Below the pieces are notes generated by a model. It did not search any database, was not told the origin of the DNA, and saw only the letters and a program-made list of their open reading frames with translations. Of a stretch of DNA of 64,000 nucleotides, positions 18,793 through 29,334 are shown one piece after another. A program made the translations under genes and the position numbers. The first letter of the stretch is position 1. The number at the start of each line of letters is the position of its first letter. The DNA comes from Candidatus Uhrbacteria bacterium RIFOXYB12_FULL_58_10 (lineage in GTDB: Bacteria; Patescibacteriota; Patescibacteriia; UBA9934; GWF2-40-263), in assembly GCA_943359455.1 (NCBI GenBank), contig CALRHL010000002.1:7665-71664 (forward strand), read 5' to 3'.

Positions 18793-19485
18793 ATGAATAG
18801 ACCAGAAACAACCCTGTTTATGCTGATGTCCGTCGATGGAAAAATTTCCACTGGCGATACGGATGCCATGGATTTTGATCGTGACTTGAAAATGATTACT
18901 GGTGTTAAGGAAGGCTTGCATCAGTATTACGATCTGGAACAGCAAACCGACCTCGTGTCACTGAATACTGGTCGTGTGATGGCCAAAATTGGGATTAATG
19001 AACGGACGAATGAGCCAGAAAAAATTCCGGTGAGTTTTGTAATCATCGACAATGAGCCACATCTCACTGTGCAAGGTGTCGAGTATTTGTCGAAATGGGT
19101 TACGACCCTCTATCTCGTAACAACGAACAAGGCTCATCCAGCTCTGACCGCACCGAATGAAAACATCGTTGTGCTTACATACGAAGGCTCTATTGATCTC
19201 CCTGACCTATTTCGTCGTCTCCACACAGAGTTTAATATTGAACGTATCACTGTTCAGTCAGGAGGTACGCTGAACGCTTCGCTCATTCGTTCAGGACTCA
19301 TTGATCATCTCTCAATCGTCGTTGCTCCTATTGTTGTTGGAGGTATGTCCACTCCATCACTCATGGATGGCGAATCGCTGCATTCAGTAGAAGAGTCTCG
19401 TAAATTGCGAACGGTCACTTTGATTCATTCAACTGTTTTAAAGGATTCGTATTTGCATCTCCAATACGATGTGCAGAATGGATAA
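18793..19485 (+). CDS. RibD C-terminal domain / dihydrofolate reductase-like reductase
   Basis: LFMLMSVDGKI and ITVQSGGTLNASLIRSGLIDHLSIVVAPIVVGG match the RibD_C/DHFR-like fold signature. Confidence 0.7.
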   Translation: MNRPETTLFMLMSVDGKISTGDTDAMDFDRDLKMITGVKEGLHQYYDLEQQTDLVSLNTGRVMAKIGINERTNEPEKIPVSFVIIDNEPHLTVQGVEYLSKWVTTLYLVTTNKAHPALTAPNENIVVLTYEGSIDLPDLFRRLHTEFNIERITVQSGGTLNASLIRSGLIDHLSIVVAPIVVGGMSTPSLMDGESLHSVEESRKLRTVTLIHSTVLKDSYLHLQYDVQNG

Positions 19486-20704
19486 AATTATGGACAAACC
19501 AACTCACACATCGAAACAAGAGCTTATTGATCGGACGGGAGAGTTGTTTCGGGAACAGAAGGAACCTAGGTTTCCGACGGTTCGGGAGAAACTTTTGAGC
19601 GGAGTGGTGAAGCCGGATGCGCAGGTGTTTTTTTCGAGTTTTGATCATTTGAACCCGGCATATCCGAGTCGTATTGTGACGGGAAAGTTGCGTGCGGATG
19701 GAATTGTCTCAGCATTGCAGAATGAAAAAGTTGAAGGGGTAAGCGTTATGCTCGACTTGATTTCTCCCGAGAGTGATCGACAGAATGAAGGTGGTGGGTG
19801 GAGTCTCGGACTTGGAATCGTTCCAGATCAGCTGACGCGTATTTTGCGTGATCGGGAAACTTTTTATGCAAAAAATGAGTTGATTGCCCTTGATCAAGAA
19901 ACAATCCTCCGTGCGTTTTCATTGCAGATAGCAGACGCACTTCTTCCCACCCACCTTACAGGACCAGAACAAGAAACGTATGTGTCACAAATGCTCTGTC
20001 GTTTGTCCACAACGCTTGGGATATACAATTTTGCAGTTGGCGAAGCCCTTCGACGTGGACTTTCTGGCTCAGAGGCGATTGTAGAGTTACGCAATAGTGT
20101 CGAACAGGCGATTGGCCTCGATACTCGTTGGATTCAGGAAGTTCGTCAATCAACGATGCTCAAAAATATCGCGGATGCGCTGGAAGAAATGACACGGGTG
20201 GGATATCCATTTTGGAAAATGCCAGGACAGGAAGGAACTTCTTTCCTTCGTTTTATAACGGAGAAGGGGACAGAGGGAGGAAATGTCATTCACGACAGAG
20301 CCAGCTTTACTTTTTTTGATCGTCATAAAAAACCTGGCAGGACGATTCGTGAGAGTGCGATCTTTGACTTGATGCGCAAAGGAGAAGTGATTCCACGGAC
20401 AAATTTGTTGTTATTTGCCATTATGAGTGCACCAGAAATTCCACACTTTGGAAACACGTATGCACTTGAGCAAGCAAGTGTCGACTGGTTGAACGTTCAG
20501 GGAGATCGCTTAAAGATCGAACCGGATTTTCAAAATTCGATCCCGCTTGGACATGTGGCGATCGGAGGAAAAAAATCGCGATCACTTCTTCCTCTTAGCA
20601 TGCTTCATTTCCCACGTGAGCGATTGCGTGAGATTATCAAGCAAGTTTCAGAAACAGGGGTGATGCCAGACGAAGCTCCGTTTGGTCAAATGAATGCAAG
20701 TTGA
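19469..20704 (+). CDS. Hypothetical protein (~407 aa)
   Basis: Long ORF overlapping the previous stop; probable start at MDKIMDKP (19481). No domain recognised. Confidence 0.5.
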   Translation: MCRMDKIMDKPTHTSKQELIDRTGELFREQKEPRFPTVREKLLSGVVKPDAQVFFSSFDHLNPAYPSRIVTGKLRADGIVSALQNEKVEGVSVMLDLISPESDRQNEGGGWSLGLGIVPDQLTRILRDRETFYAKNELIALDQETILRAFSLQIADALLPTHLTGPEQETYVSQMLCRLSTTLGIYNFAVGEALRRGLSGSEAIVELRNSVEQAIGLDTRWIQEVRQSTMLKNIADALEEMTRVGYPFWKMPGQEGTSFLRFITEKGTEGGNVIHDRASFTFFDRHKKPGRTIRESAIFDLMRKGEVIPRTNLLLFAIMSAPEIPHFGNTYALEQASVDWLNVQGDRLKIEPDFQNSIPLGHVAIGGKKSRSLLPLSMLHFPRERLREIIKQVSETGVMPDEAPFGQMNAS

Positions 20705-21690
20705 GTATGTACGCTGACGCCCATTGTGATATTTCTGACAGCATTTTGTATGTTTATCCCGAAAAACGGGAACAATTCGAGTTATTTCGTCCGACAGAAG
20801 CTCGTTGGTCGCCACATCAAATTGATATCGATGGAATTCGGAAAGCAGGAACGAAACTCATGGTCTGGTCCATGTGTCCGATTGATGTGGACACGAAACC
20901 AATGCGCGTGTCGAGTCGATATGATGAGTTTCGTCGCCATCTCGATTTGTATCAAGAATTACTGTCGCGATTTGACGATCATTTCACTCTCATTTCGTCC
21001 GCGCATGATCTCAATGAAACATTTCTCGCGCATGATCGAGTTGGTGTTATTTTGCATATCGAAGGAATGGATTGCGTCGCGAATGCAAAGCATGTTGAAG
21101 AACTGTACCATCTTGGGGTTCGTTCTTTTGGTCTCGTTGGGATTAGTGGAAATCAAATCGCGACTAGCGCAACAACTCACACGGATGATCCGACACCGAT
21201 CTCAGAGCTCGGCAAGCAAATCATCGCGGTGCTTGAAACGCTTCCAGTCGCTCTCGACTGTGCGCATTTGAACACCGTCGCTTTCAACGATGTCGCCGAA
21301 CAGTCAAAAAAACCCTTGTACGTTTCCCACACAAACTGTCGTTCACTTTGTCCGGATCGAGGACAAAATCTCACGGACACACAGCTAAAACTCGTCGCCG
21401 ATCACAACGGCCTTGTGGGACTTTCTTTTTTCCCAAAGCTTTTGACCGGTTCGGAAGCAGGGACCGACGATCTCATCCACCACCTCGATCATGCTCTCAC
21501 GATTCTCGGACCCGATCATCTCTGTTTCGGTTCTGACTTCGACGGCATGTCGCATCCGGCGATGGTTGGTCTTGAGACGATCTCCCAGATTCCTCAACTG
21601 TTTGATGCGCTCCGTGATCACGTATCACCAGAGCATTTACACAAAATTGCGTTTGAAAATTTATTCCGCTATTTTCAAAAGGTGTTGTGA
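20701..21690 (+). CDS. Membrane dipeptidase (peptidase family M19)
   Basis: N-terminal HCD motif and C-terminal GSDFDG motif characteristic of renal-dipeptidase-family enzymes. Confidence 0.75.
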   Translation: MSMYADAHCDISDSILYVYPEKREQFELFRPTEARWSPHQIDIDGIRKAGTKLMVWSMCPIDVDTKPMRVSSRYDEFRRHLDLYQELLSRFDDHFTLISSAHDLNETFLAHDRVGVILHIEGMDCVANAKHVEELYHLGVRSFGLVGISGNQIATSATTHTDDPTPISELGKQIIAVLETLPVALDCAHLNTVAFNDVAEQSKKPLYVSHTNCRSLCPDRGQNLTDTQLKLVADHNGLVGLSFFPKLLTGSEAGTDDLIHHLDHALTILGPDHLCFGSDFDGMSHPAMVGLETISQIPQLFDALRDHVSPEHLHKIAFENLFRYFQKVL

Positions 21691-22601
21691 CTTCTGAATT
21701 TGAAATTATTATTTTCTACAAATACACTTTCATTGCTGATCCAGTGGGTTTTGTGCGTTGGCAAAAAAAGATCTGTGAGGAGATCGGAATTTTTGGACGG
21801 ATTTTGATTGCACAAGAAGGGATAAATGGAACGGTGGAGGGGACAGTGGAGCAGATTCAGGATTATGAACGGCGGATGCATGCACAGGATGGCTCGCGTG
21901 GAACGTTTGGGAATTTTTCGGATGTTTGGTTTAAATCCAGTCCTGGAACCGGGAAGGCGTTTAAGAAATTGAAGGTGAAAGCACGTTCGGAAATTGTGAG
22001 TACAGGACTGTTACAGCATGCAGATATTGATCCGAACAAAGTGACAGGATCTCACATTGACGCAGAGGAGTTAAAATCCTGGATCGATCAAGGAGTCGAG
22101 TTTGAAATTGTGGATATGCGCAATGACTACGAATTTGCGGTCGGACATTTTACGGGGTCACATTCAAGTGGGATGAGAAATTTTCGTGACCTTCAAAAAA
22201 TAACCTCGACTTTGGTCGCTTTCAAAAATAAAAAAGTTCTGACCGTTTGTACATACGGAGTTCGCTGCGAAAAAGCTTCCGGTTACTTACTTCAACAGGG
22301 ATTTAAGGATGTTTATCAACTGCATGGTGGCATTGGATCGTATATGAAAAAATATCCCGGACAGGATTTTCATGGGTCCCTTTATGTTTTTGATGAGCGA
22401 ATGACGGAACAATTTACACCGAACTATACAGTGGTTGGAGTTTGTGTACGTTGTCAGACAAAAAGTGAACGGTTCGGAAACTGTGCGTGGAGTGAGTGTC
22501 ACAAGCAACTCATTATTTGTGAAGCTTGCGGGGTTCAAAATATATTCTGCTCAACCCCTTGCTCTTTTTCAAAAAAGAGTGTACCTTCCATTGATTCCTA
22601 A
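21687..22601 (+). CDS. trhO: tRNA uridine(34) hydroxylase TrhO (UPF0176/YceA, rhodanese domain)
   Basis: ILIAQEGINGT motif, rhodanese catalytic Cys loop (CTYGVRC), C-terminal Cys-rich tail. Confidence 0.8.
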   Translation: MTSEFEIIIFYKYTFIADPVGFVRWQKKICEEIGIFGRILIAQEGINGTVEGTVEQIQDYERRMHAQDGSRGTFGNFSDVWFKSSPGTGKAFKKLKVKARSEIVSTGLLQHADIDPNKVTGSHIDAEELKSWIDQGVEFEIVDMRNDYEFAVGHFTGSHSSGMRNFRDLQKITSTLVAFKNKKVLTVCTYGVRCEKASGYLLQQGFKDVYQLHGGIGSYMKKYPGQDFHGSLYVFDERMTEQFTPNYTVVGVCVRCQTKSERFGNCAWSECHKQLIICEACGVQNIFCSTPCSFSKKSVPSIDS

Positions 22602-22618
22602 ATCGCGCAATTATTACT

Positions 22619-22957
22619 ATGGGATTTACACCTCGTGCAGGCGGGTCAAAGGGAGGAAAAAAGTTTGGTGGACCACCACCTTGGAAGAAGCGTGGAGGAG
22701 CAGATACAGAACGCTCCATGTTATTTCCCGCGACGTGCGCAACATGCGGCAAAGACTGTCAGGTGCCGTTTAAACCAAACGGTCGAAAACCTGTTTTGTG
22801 CAGCAACTGTTTTGAAACAGACGGTCCATCAGAGTCTCGACATTTTGATCACCGCAAGCCGGAGCGAGCTGAATCTTCTTTAGCAGACGCGCAGTTGAAA
22901 TCGATTCATGTAAAGCTTGATGCGATTCTCAAAATACTCAATGACGCGACATTGTAA
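22619..22957 (+). CDS. Small zinc-ribbon protein (CxxC...CxxC)
   Basis: Gly/Lys-rich N-terminus, then CATCGKDCQVPFKPNGRKPVLCSNCF. Confidence 0.5.
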   Translation: MGFTPRAGGSKGGKKFGGPPPWKKRGGADTERSMLFPATCATCGKDCQVPFKPNGRKPVLCSNCFETDGPSESRHFDHRKPERAESSLADAQLKSIHVKLDAILKILNDATL

Positions 22958-22960
22958 ATT

Positions 22961-22990
22961 AAAAACACTCCGAAATTTTCGGAGTGTTTT
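22961..22990. terminator. Rho-independent bidirectional terminator (AAAAACACTCCG-loop-CGGAGTGTTTT)
   Basis: Perfect 10-bp stem flanked by A and T tracts. The same stem sequence recurs at 57084-57112. Confidence 0.7.
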
Positions 22991-23162
22991 CTGTCAGACG
23001 AATCTGACTATGCGGCTGTCTCTTCTTCCGTTGGGGCTGGTGTCGCAACTTCTGCTTCTTCGGTTGCTGGGATCTGTGTGTCGTCCATAAAATTTACGGT
23101 TAACAGATTTAGACCAGAAGCATACGTGGGCAAGAACGTTTCGTCAATGGGCATAGAGACCT

Positions 23163-23606
23163 CTAGGTACGACGCATCGGTTTCAACTGTGCGATGATAA
23201 CGATGGCGAGGGATACGAGGACGAGGTTTTTTATGATGTATTGTCCTTCGAGTGTTGGGACGAGGAAGGATTGCCAAGTGATGCTTGGGAGAACAAAAAG
23301 TGGTAAAGCGGTTGTGAGCATGTGCAGGAAAAAAAAGGGAATAACGAGGCGGGAATATTTTGGGATAAGAAACAGGATGCCGATTGTCATTTCGAATAAG
23401 CCGAATAGCACAATGAATTGTGAGAAGGTGAGGAAGGGAAGTGCGGATTCCATGAGTGACTCGACGAGTGCGTTGGCAGGACTCATTCCGAATACTTTGA
23501 GAATTCCGAACCAAAAAAAGACGATGAAGAAAGCAATACGGGCTATGAGGATTCCATAGTGTTTGGAAAAGTCGATGATACATTGATCAAAAGTGGCGAG
23601 ATTCAT
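23163..23606 (-). CDS. DoxX-like small membrane protein
   Basis: Four TM helices with a DoxX/YphA-like pattern (low certainty). Confidence 0.5.
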   Translation of the reverse strand: MNLATFDQCIIDFSKHYGILIARIAFFIVFFWFGILKVFGMSPANALVESLMESALPFLTFSQFIVLFGLFEMTIGILFLIPKYSRLVIPFFFLHMLTTALPLFVLPSITWQSFLVPTLEGQYIIKNLVLVSLAIVIIAQLKPMRRT

Positions 23607-23611
23607 ATGTT

Positions 23612-24862
23612 CTAGTATACATTTTCTCCGGCTAAATGTCCGGTTGCCCAGGAGGCTTGGAGATTGAATCCGCCGGTGTAGCCGTCGATATCGAGGATTT
23701 CGCCGGCGAAGAAAAGTCCCGGGCAGAGGCGGGATTGCATGGTGAGGGGATCGACTTCATTAAGGTTCACGCCACCAGCGGTCACGAATTCATCTCCGGC
23801 ACCGCGCTGAACAACGGAGAGCGGGATTGCTTTCAGCCATTGCGCCGTTTTTAACATTTCTTTTTTTGCGATTTGATTTCCGCGTTTTGTTTCACTGATG
23901 TTGAGTTCGCGAACGATGAGTTCTGCCAACGATTTTGGGACGAGTGTATGAATAATGTTTGAGAATTGTTTATTTGGATTTTCAGTCGTGTACGTTTCGA
24001 TTTTTGCTCTCAGTGAGTCTACTGTCTGTGTTGGGAATAGGTCGATCGTGATCAGAAGCGGATCGGTCGCGTCGTATTTTTCGAATGCGACGAGCGATGA
24101 GAGAGCGAAAACTGCTGGACCGCTGACTCCTTTATGGGTGAACAGAAACGGGCCAGTAAATGATGGAGACTCAGTTCGTTTCGCCGTGATTTTCGCGGAT
24201 TCAAATGACAGTCCGGAAAGTTCTTTAGGCCACGTCTCGCGTGTGAAAAACGCATTGAGACTTGGAGCGAGAGGAGTGATTGAATGTCCGAGAGATTGTG
24301 CAAAGGCGTATCCGTCACCGGTTGAGCCTGTGTGACGGTATGCTTGTCCACCGGTCGTGAGGACGAGTGTGTCGACGATCATCGGATCAGGATTTCCTTT
24401 GACCGTGATCGCGAATCCGTCCTTGCGTTTCTTTACTCCTGTCACCGCTGATTTGAGCAGGATATGAAAATGTGGATCGACAAATAGTCGCTCAAAGGCA
24501 CCAACAATGTCATGTCCATCGTCCGAAACAGGAAACACACGTAAGTCATCTTGTGTTTTCAGTGGCACACCACGTGATTCAAACCACTCGATGACAGCGG
24601 AAGGGGGAAAGCGAAACATTGCAGATGATAAAAATTTTCCACCACGCGGATATTTCGTGAGGACTTCTTTGACATCCAAAATCCCTGTTGTCACATTACA
24701 TCGACCTCCTCCTGAGATGATCACTTTTTTTCCGAGTCCATCGTTTCGATCAAACAAAAAAATTTCGGCGTCTGGATGCGTTTCAAAAATAGTCGCCGCG
24801 CACATGAGTCCTGCGGCTCCTGCACCGATGATTCCAACTCTCATACGCTTACACGTAACCAT
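23612..24862 (-). CDS. NAD(P)/FAD-dependent oxidoreductase, HI0933/BaiN-like
   Basis: GxGxxG motif (VGIIGAGAAGLMCA) at the N-terminus and an HI0933-like flavoprotein fold pattern. Likely start is MRVGII at 24844. Confidence 0.8.
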   Translation of the reverse strand: MVTCKRMRVGIIGAGAAGLMCAATIFETHPDAEIFLFDRNDGLGKKVIISGGGRCNVTTGILDVKEVLTKYPRGGKFLSSAMFRFPPSAVIEWFESRGVPLKTQDDLRVFPVSDDGHDIVGAFERLFVDPHFHILLKSAVTGVKKRKDGFAITVKGNPDPMIVDTLVLTTGGQAYRHTGSTGDGYAFAQSLGHSITPLAPSLNAFFTRETWPKELSGLSFESAKITAKRTESPSFTGPFLFTHKGVSGPAVFALSSLVAFEKYDATDPLLITIDLFPTQTVDSLRAKIETYTTENPNKQFSNIIHTLVPKSLAELIVRELNISETKRGNQIAKKEMLKTAQWLKAIPLSVVQRGAGDEFVTAGGVNLNEVDPLTMQSRLCPGLFFAGEILDIDGYTGGFNLQASWATGHLAGENVY

Positions 24863-26619
24863 TCTTTTTCCACTTGTTCAAGCTCCTCGTCGATTTCTGC
24901 AAGGCGTTGCGCTTTTGCAGGAGCATAATCCGTTGGGTTTTCGAAGAAGTAAGCATGGATCGCACTTTTTTCCTTATCAAGTACTTGTATCCGATCTTCA
25001 CACTTCTGTTTGATGCGAAGTTGTGTGCGTCGCTCCTGGTGTCGGTTGGCAGAGGGTGTGAAGGTTCCGAGGTTCTTAGGTTCTGAGAGACAAGGCTCTT
25101 CGAACTTCAGACCCTTACCCTCCTTTTCCCCTTCTGTTTCTTCCATGAGATTCCCAACATATTCTTCATACGTCCCCGTGTAATGCCTGACCGTCCCGTC
25201 ACCGACTTCGTAGATCTGATCGACGAGTGCGTTCATAAACGTTCGTGCATGAGAAACAACAAGGACCGTGCCTTGATAAGCCTTGAGAGCTCGAGCGAGC
25301 ACTTCGACCGTCTCTGTGTCGAGGTGGTTTGTTGGTTCGTCGAGGATGAGGACGCTATGTTCATGCAACACAAGCATCGCAAGACGGACTCGCGCTCGTT
25401 CACCTCCTGAAAGAACGCGACACTTTTTTTCTAAATCGTCCTGTCGAAATAAAAATGCACCCGCTGCGGCGAGAATGCGTTCGCCAGAAGCGTCGGCGGG
25501 AGCAGCCTGTGTGAGAACATTCAACACCGTTGCATCAGGATGAAGTGTTTCTTCAGAAAGCTGTGAGAAGTATCCAATGTCTGCGCGATGCCACCATTTA
25601 AGTGATCCAGAAATAGGAGGGAGAAATCCCGCGAGTGTTTTGAGAAGCGTAGATTTTCCGCGTCCATTTTCTCCAACGATCGCCACCTTGGCCCCGCGTG
25701 AAATTTCAAGGGTAATATCGCGTGCAATAACCGTATCGCCATATCCAATCGCCAAATCTCGGCACACCACTGCTGGACCAGAAGCCACGTGTGGACAGGG
25801 AATGCGAAACGCGGCCGTTGGCAGATCGGTACCAATTTCTTTTAGCTGTTTACGCAATTTGGTGATATGTCGCAGCTTGCTTTGCGCACGTGTTGCCAAT
25901 GATGCCTTTGCCCGAAATCGATCTGCAAATGCTTGGGCAGACGCCATTTCTTTTCGGAGTCGTTTATTCGTTCGTTTTGCAAATTCGATCTGCTCATCTT
26001 TCCAGTCAAGATACGTTTCGAGGGTTCCTGGAAATTCTGATAACACTCCGCGTGAAATTTCCCATGTCGATGTACACACCGCCTGCATGGCTTCGCGATC
26101 GTGTGACGTCATCACAAACGATCCTGGATAATCGCGCAAAAATGATTCGAGCAGTAACAATGTTGGGAGGTCGAGATAGTTCATCGGTTCGTCGATGAGC
26201 AAGAGATTTGGATCATCGAGTAACATGCGAACAATTTTTACACGCATTTGATACCCACCGGAAAGGGAAGACGGTGGCTTTTGAAGATCGGTAGGTTTCA
26301 ATCCAAATCGTGACGCGCGTTTGGCGCATTCCCATTCTGGTTTTCCGCTCTGTTCCAGATAGGCAACCGTTGACTCATCATCGGGAAGTACTTCGTGTTG
26401 ACGTAAGACTCCAAGTTTTGTCCAAGGCATGAGTTTGTATTCGCCTTTGTCAGATCGCTCATCTCCCGACAATATTTTCAGCAATGTCGTTTTCCCAGAA
26501 CCATTTCTTCCAATCAAACCTATATGAGCTCCCTCAGAAATCACAAAAGATAGGTCGCCAAGCACGGTCTGTCGTCCATATGTTTTGGTAAGCCCAATGG
26601 CTTCAAGAAGCGGTTTCAT
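24841..26619 (-). CDS. ABC-F family ATP-binding cassette protein (tandem ABC domains, no TM)
   Basis: Two Walker A motifs (GRNGSGKTT, GENGRGKST), two ABC signatures (LSGGYQMR, LSGGERAR), inter-domain linker. Confidence 0.9.
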   Translation of the reverse strand: MKPLLEAIGLTKTYGRQTVLGDLSFVISEGAHIGLIGRNGSGKTTLLKILSGDERSDKGEYKLMPWTKLGVLRQHEVLPDDESTVAYLEQSGKPEWECAKRASRFGLKPTDLQKPPSSLSGGYQMRVKIVRMLLDDPNLLLIDEPMNYLDLPTLLLLESFLRDYPGSFVMTSHDREAMQAVCTSTWEISRGVLSEFPGTLETYLDWKDEQIEFAKRTNKRLRKEMASAQAFADRFRAKASLATRAQSKLRHITKLRKQLKEIGTDLPTAAFRIPCPHVASGPAVVCRDLAIGYGDTVIARDITLEISRGAKVAIVGENGRGKSTLLKTLAGFLPPISGSLKWWHRADIGYFSQLSEETLHPDATVLNVLTQAAPADASGERILAAAGAFLFRQDDLEKKCRVLSGGERARVRLAMLVLHEHSVLILDEPTNHLDTETVEVLARALKAYQGTVLVVSHARTFMNALVDQIYEVGDGTVRHYTGTYEEYVGNLMEETEGEKEGKGLKFEEPCLSEPKNLGTFTPSANRHQERRTQLRIKQKCEDRIQVLDKEKSAIHAYFFENPTDYAPAKAQRLAEIDEELEQVEKEWLRVSV

Positions 26620-26645
26620 GGATTAGATTCTATCACGCCCCTTGA

Positions 26646-26960
<315 letters not shown>

Positions 26961-27041
26961 TAACGCGACAGACTCCAAAATCCGCCCAGGAAACTGGACG
27001 GATTTTGATTTGTGCCAAGATGCGAGTATCATATCAATCGC

Positions 27042-28178
27042 ATGTTTTCCTCTCTTGAAAAGTTATCCCCTGATCCATTATTTCGACTGCTCGAGCAGTT
27101 TCAGGCCGATCAGAATCCAAACAAGCTGAACTTGGGAATCGGGGTGTACGCAACGGAGCAAGGGGAGCCGTATGTGTTGCCTGTGGTTCAGCAAGCTGCG
27201 CGAGAGGTGAGTGTAGCGAATTTTAATTATCTGCCGATCGGAGGAGACCCGTTATTTTTGAAACAGACCGCTCGGATTGTATTTGGAGACATGACTGATC
27301 AGAGTTCGTTTGTCAGTCAGGCAACGTGCGGTGGGACGCATGCCTGCGCGTTGTTTGCTGAACTTGCACGTCGAGGTGAGATAAAAAAAATGATCATCGC
27401 AGAGCCAACGTGGGTGAATCATCGTCATATTTTTTCTGGATTTGAACAGACGTCTATCAGCCATCTTGATCAGGAAGGGAATCCAAATATCGATGGGTAT
27501 CGCACGGCAATTGATCAGGTAACAGAACCGACCGTTTTGCTCCTGCATGGCGGTCCAACGCATAATCCTACTGGACGGAATCTGACGAAGGAGCAGATCA
27601 ATTTGCTCATTCAACTCATTCAATCCAAACCAATTTTCGTCTTCATCGATTTTGCGTATCTTGGTCTTGGGGATGGTTTTGAACAGGACGCGATTTCTGT
27701 CCGCGCGCTTTGGTCTCAACTCGAAAACGTCGCAGTCGGTGTTTCGTTTTCTAAGAACGCAACGCTCTATTGTCATCGAACAGGAGCGTTATTCGTGAAA
27801 ACAGCAGATGGTGCGACGGTGGAGTCCAATCTTCGTCGTATTATGCGGACAACGATTTCAAATCCACCTGCGTATGGTGAAAAAATTCTCGTGAACGTTT
27901 TTGAAAATCATTTCGATCAATGGAAAGGGGAAGTTGATGCCATGCGTCAGAGTGTCGAGCGAAGACGAAAGGAACTCGTTTCTCGAATTCCAACACTCGG
28001 ATATTTGAGCGACACGCGTGGATTGTTTGGTATGCTTCGCATCACACAAGAACAGATCGATACTCTCAAGGCAGACTATTCAATTTATATCCCTGAGGCT
28101 GGACGAATTAATTTGTCTGGAATCCGACTCGATCGAATGGATTATTTGGTGAAAGCTATAAACTCAATTATCACCTGA
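27042..28178 (+). CDS. Aspartate/aromatic aminotransferase (class I PLP-dependent)
   Basis: N-terminal PDPLFRLLEQFQADQNPNKLNLGIGVY typical of AspC/TyrB; PLP-lysine region SFSKN. Confidence 0.85.
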   Translation: MFSSLEKLSPDPLFRLLEQFQADQNPNKLNLGIGVYATEQGEPYVLPVVQQAAREVSVANFNYLPIGGDPLFLKQTARIVFGDMTDQSSFVSQATCGGTHACALFAELARRGEIKKMIIAEPTWVNHRHIFSGFEQTSISHLDQEGNPNIDGYRTAIDQVTEPTVLLLHGGPTHNPTGRNLTKEQINLLIQLIQSKPIFVFIDFAYLGLGDGFEQDAISVRALWSQLENVAVGVSFSKNATLYCHRTGALFVKTADGATVESNLRRIMRTTISNPPAYGEKILVNVFENHFDQWKGEVDAMRQSVERRRKELVSRIPTLGYLSDTRGLFGMLRITQEQIDTLKADYSIYIPEAGRINLSGIRLDRMDYLVKAINSIIT

Positions 28179-28182
28179 GTGA

Positions 28183-28255
28183 GCAAAGCGAGTCGAAGGC
28201 CGTTTCCTTCGGACAGCTAAGACGTCCTTCGACTTCGCTCTGCTTCGCTCAGGAA
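28183..28255. repeat. Large REP-like palindrome (TGAGCAAAGCGAGTCGAAGG...CCTTCGACTTCGCTCTGCTTCGCTCA)
   Basis: About 20-bp imperfect stem directly after the aminotransferase stop. Motif words recur at 18452-18480 and in the 102-bp tandem repeat at 57780. Confidence 0.6.
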
Positions 28256-28265
28256 GTATGCGTGT

Positions 28266-29315
28266 ATGAACACAAAACGTATTCAGGCTGAAGTTCTTAA
28301 AGATTTTGTTATTCGTGTTTTGAATTGTGTTGCTGTTCGTTCAAGCGATGCAGCAGCCGTGGCAGAGGTTCTCGTCGAAGCAGACATGCGAGGAATTTCT
28401 TCGCATGGGGTTTCTCGGCTTGGGAGATATGTGAGAGCGGTGAAAAAAGGTGAAATCGATGTTGGAGCAACGATGGTATTTTTGAGTGAACGTGGATCCA
28501 CGTCTGTGCTCGACGCGGCAAATGGATTTGGTCAGGTTGCAGGAGTCATGGCTATGGATAAGGCGATCGCGACCGCACAGGAGTATGGGATCGGAATGGT
28601 GTTCGTGCGAAACTCATCTCATTTTGGAATCGCAGGATATTATGCCGAACGAGCACTTCCAAATTCGATCGGGATCGCGATGTCAAATACATCTCCTCTC
28701 GTTGTCCCGACAAACGGAAAACAGGCCGTACTCGGAACAAATCCAATCGCCGTCGCGGCTCCCACCCGTGGCGATGCGTGGCTCATGGATTTTTCAACAA
28801 GCGCCGTATCACGTGGAAAAATTGAAGTGTGTCAGCGCGAGGGAAAACCACTTGACCCCACATGGGCTCTCGACGAGGACGGCCGACCTTGTACCGATGC
28901 TCAGCACGTTCTCGACCTGCTCAGTGCAAGAAAAGCAGGAGGAATCGCTCCGATGGCTGATTATAAAGGGTATGGATTGTCGTTTATGGTTGATTTGTTG
29001 AGTGGAGTTCTTTCGGGTTCTGCCTTCGGATTGGACGTTCATGAGCACGCGCACGCAAATGTCGGACATTGTTTTCTTGCGATCAATATTGAATTTCTTA
29101 TGTCACTCGATGTGTATCTTCTGCGCATGAATGGATTTTGTGAAATGATGCGTCGGTCGGCTGCGGATGGGAATTACGTGTTTCTTCATGGAGAAAAAGA
29201 ATCAATCGCTCGTCGTCAATCGATTTCAGATGGGGTTCTGATCAAACCAGAAACAGAGACGATCCTCCGCGCGCTCGCTGATGAGTTTGGTCTTGATCAA
29301 GCTCAGTTCGGCTAA
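28266..29315 (+). CDS. Ldh_2 family malate/L-lactate (sulfolactate/ureidoglycolate-type) dehydrogenase
   Basis: ISSHGVSRLGRY and HFGIAGYY motifs typical of the Ldh_2 family. Confidence 0.8.
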   Translation: MNTKRIQAEVLKDFVIRVLNCVAVRSSDAAAVAEVLVEADMRGISSHGVSRLGRYVRAVKKGEIDVGATMVFLSERGSTSVLDAANGFGQVAGVMAMDKAIATAQEYGIGMVFVRNSSHFGIAGYYAERALPNSIGIAMSNTSPLVVPTNGKQAVLGTNPIAVAAPTRGDAWLMDFSTSAVSRGKIEVCQREGKPLDPTWALDEDGRPCTDAQHVLDLLSARKAGGIAPMADYKGYGLSFMVDLLSGVLSGSAFGLDVHEHAHANVGHCFLAINIEFLMSLDVYLLRMNGFCEMMRRSAADGNYVFLHGEKESIARRQSISDGVLIKPETETILRALADEFGLDQAQFG

Positions 29316-29334
29316 AGTGGTATAATACAGCGGT

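Noticed and set aside
23008-23583. 191-aa minus-strand ORF overlapping the DoxX-like gene
   Set aside because: It lies in another frame over a gene with clear TM periodicity. Its tail beyond 23163 has no start context.
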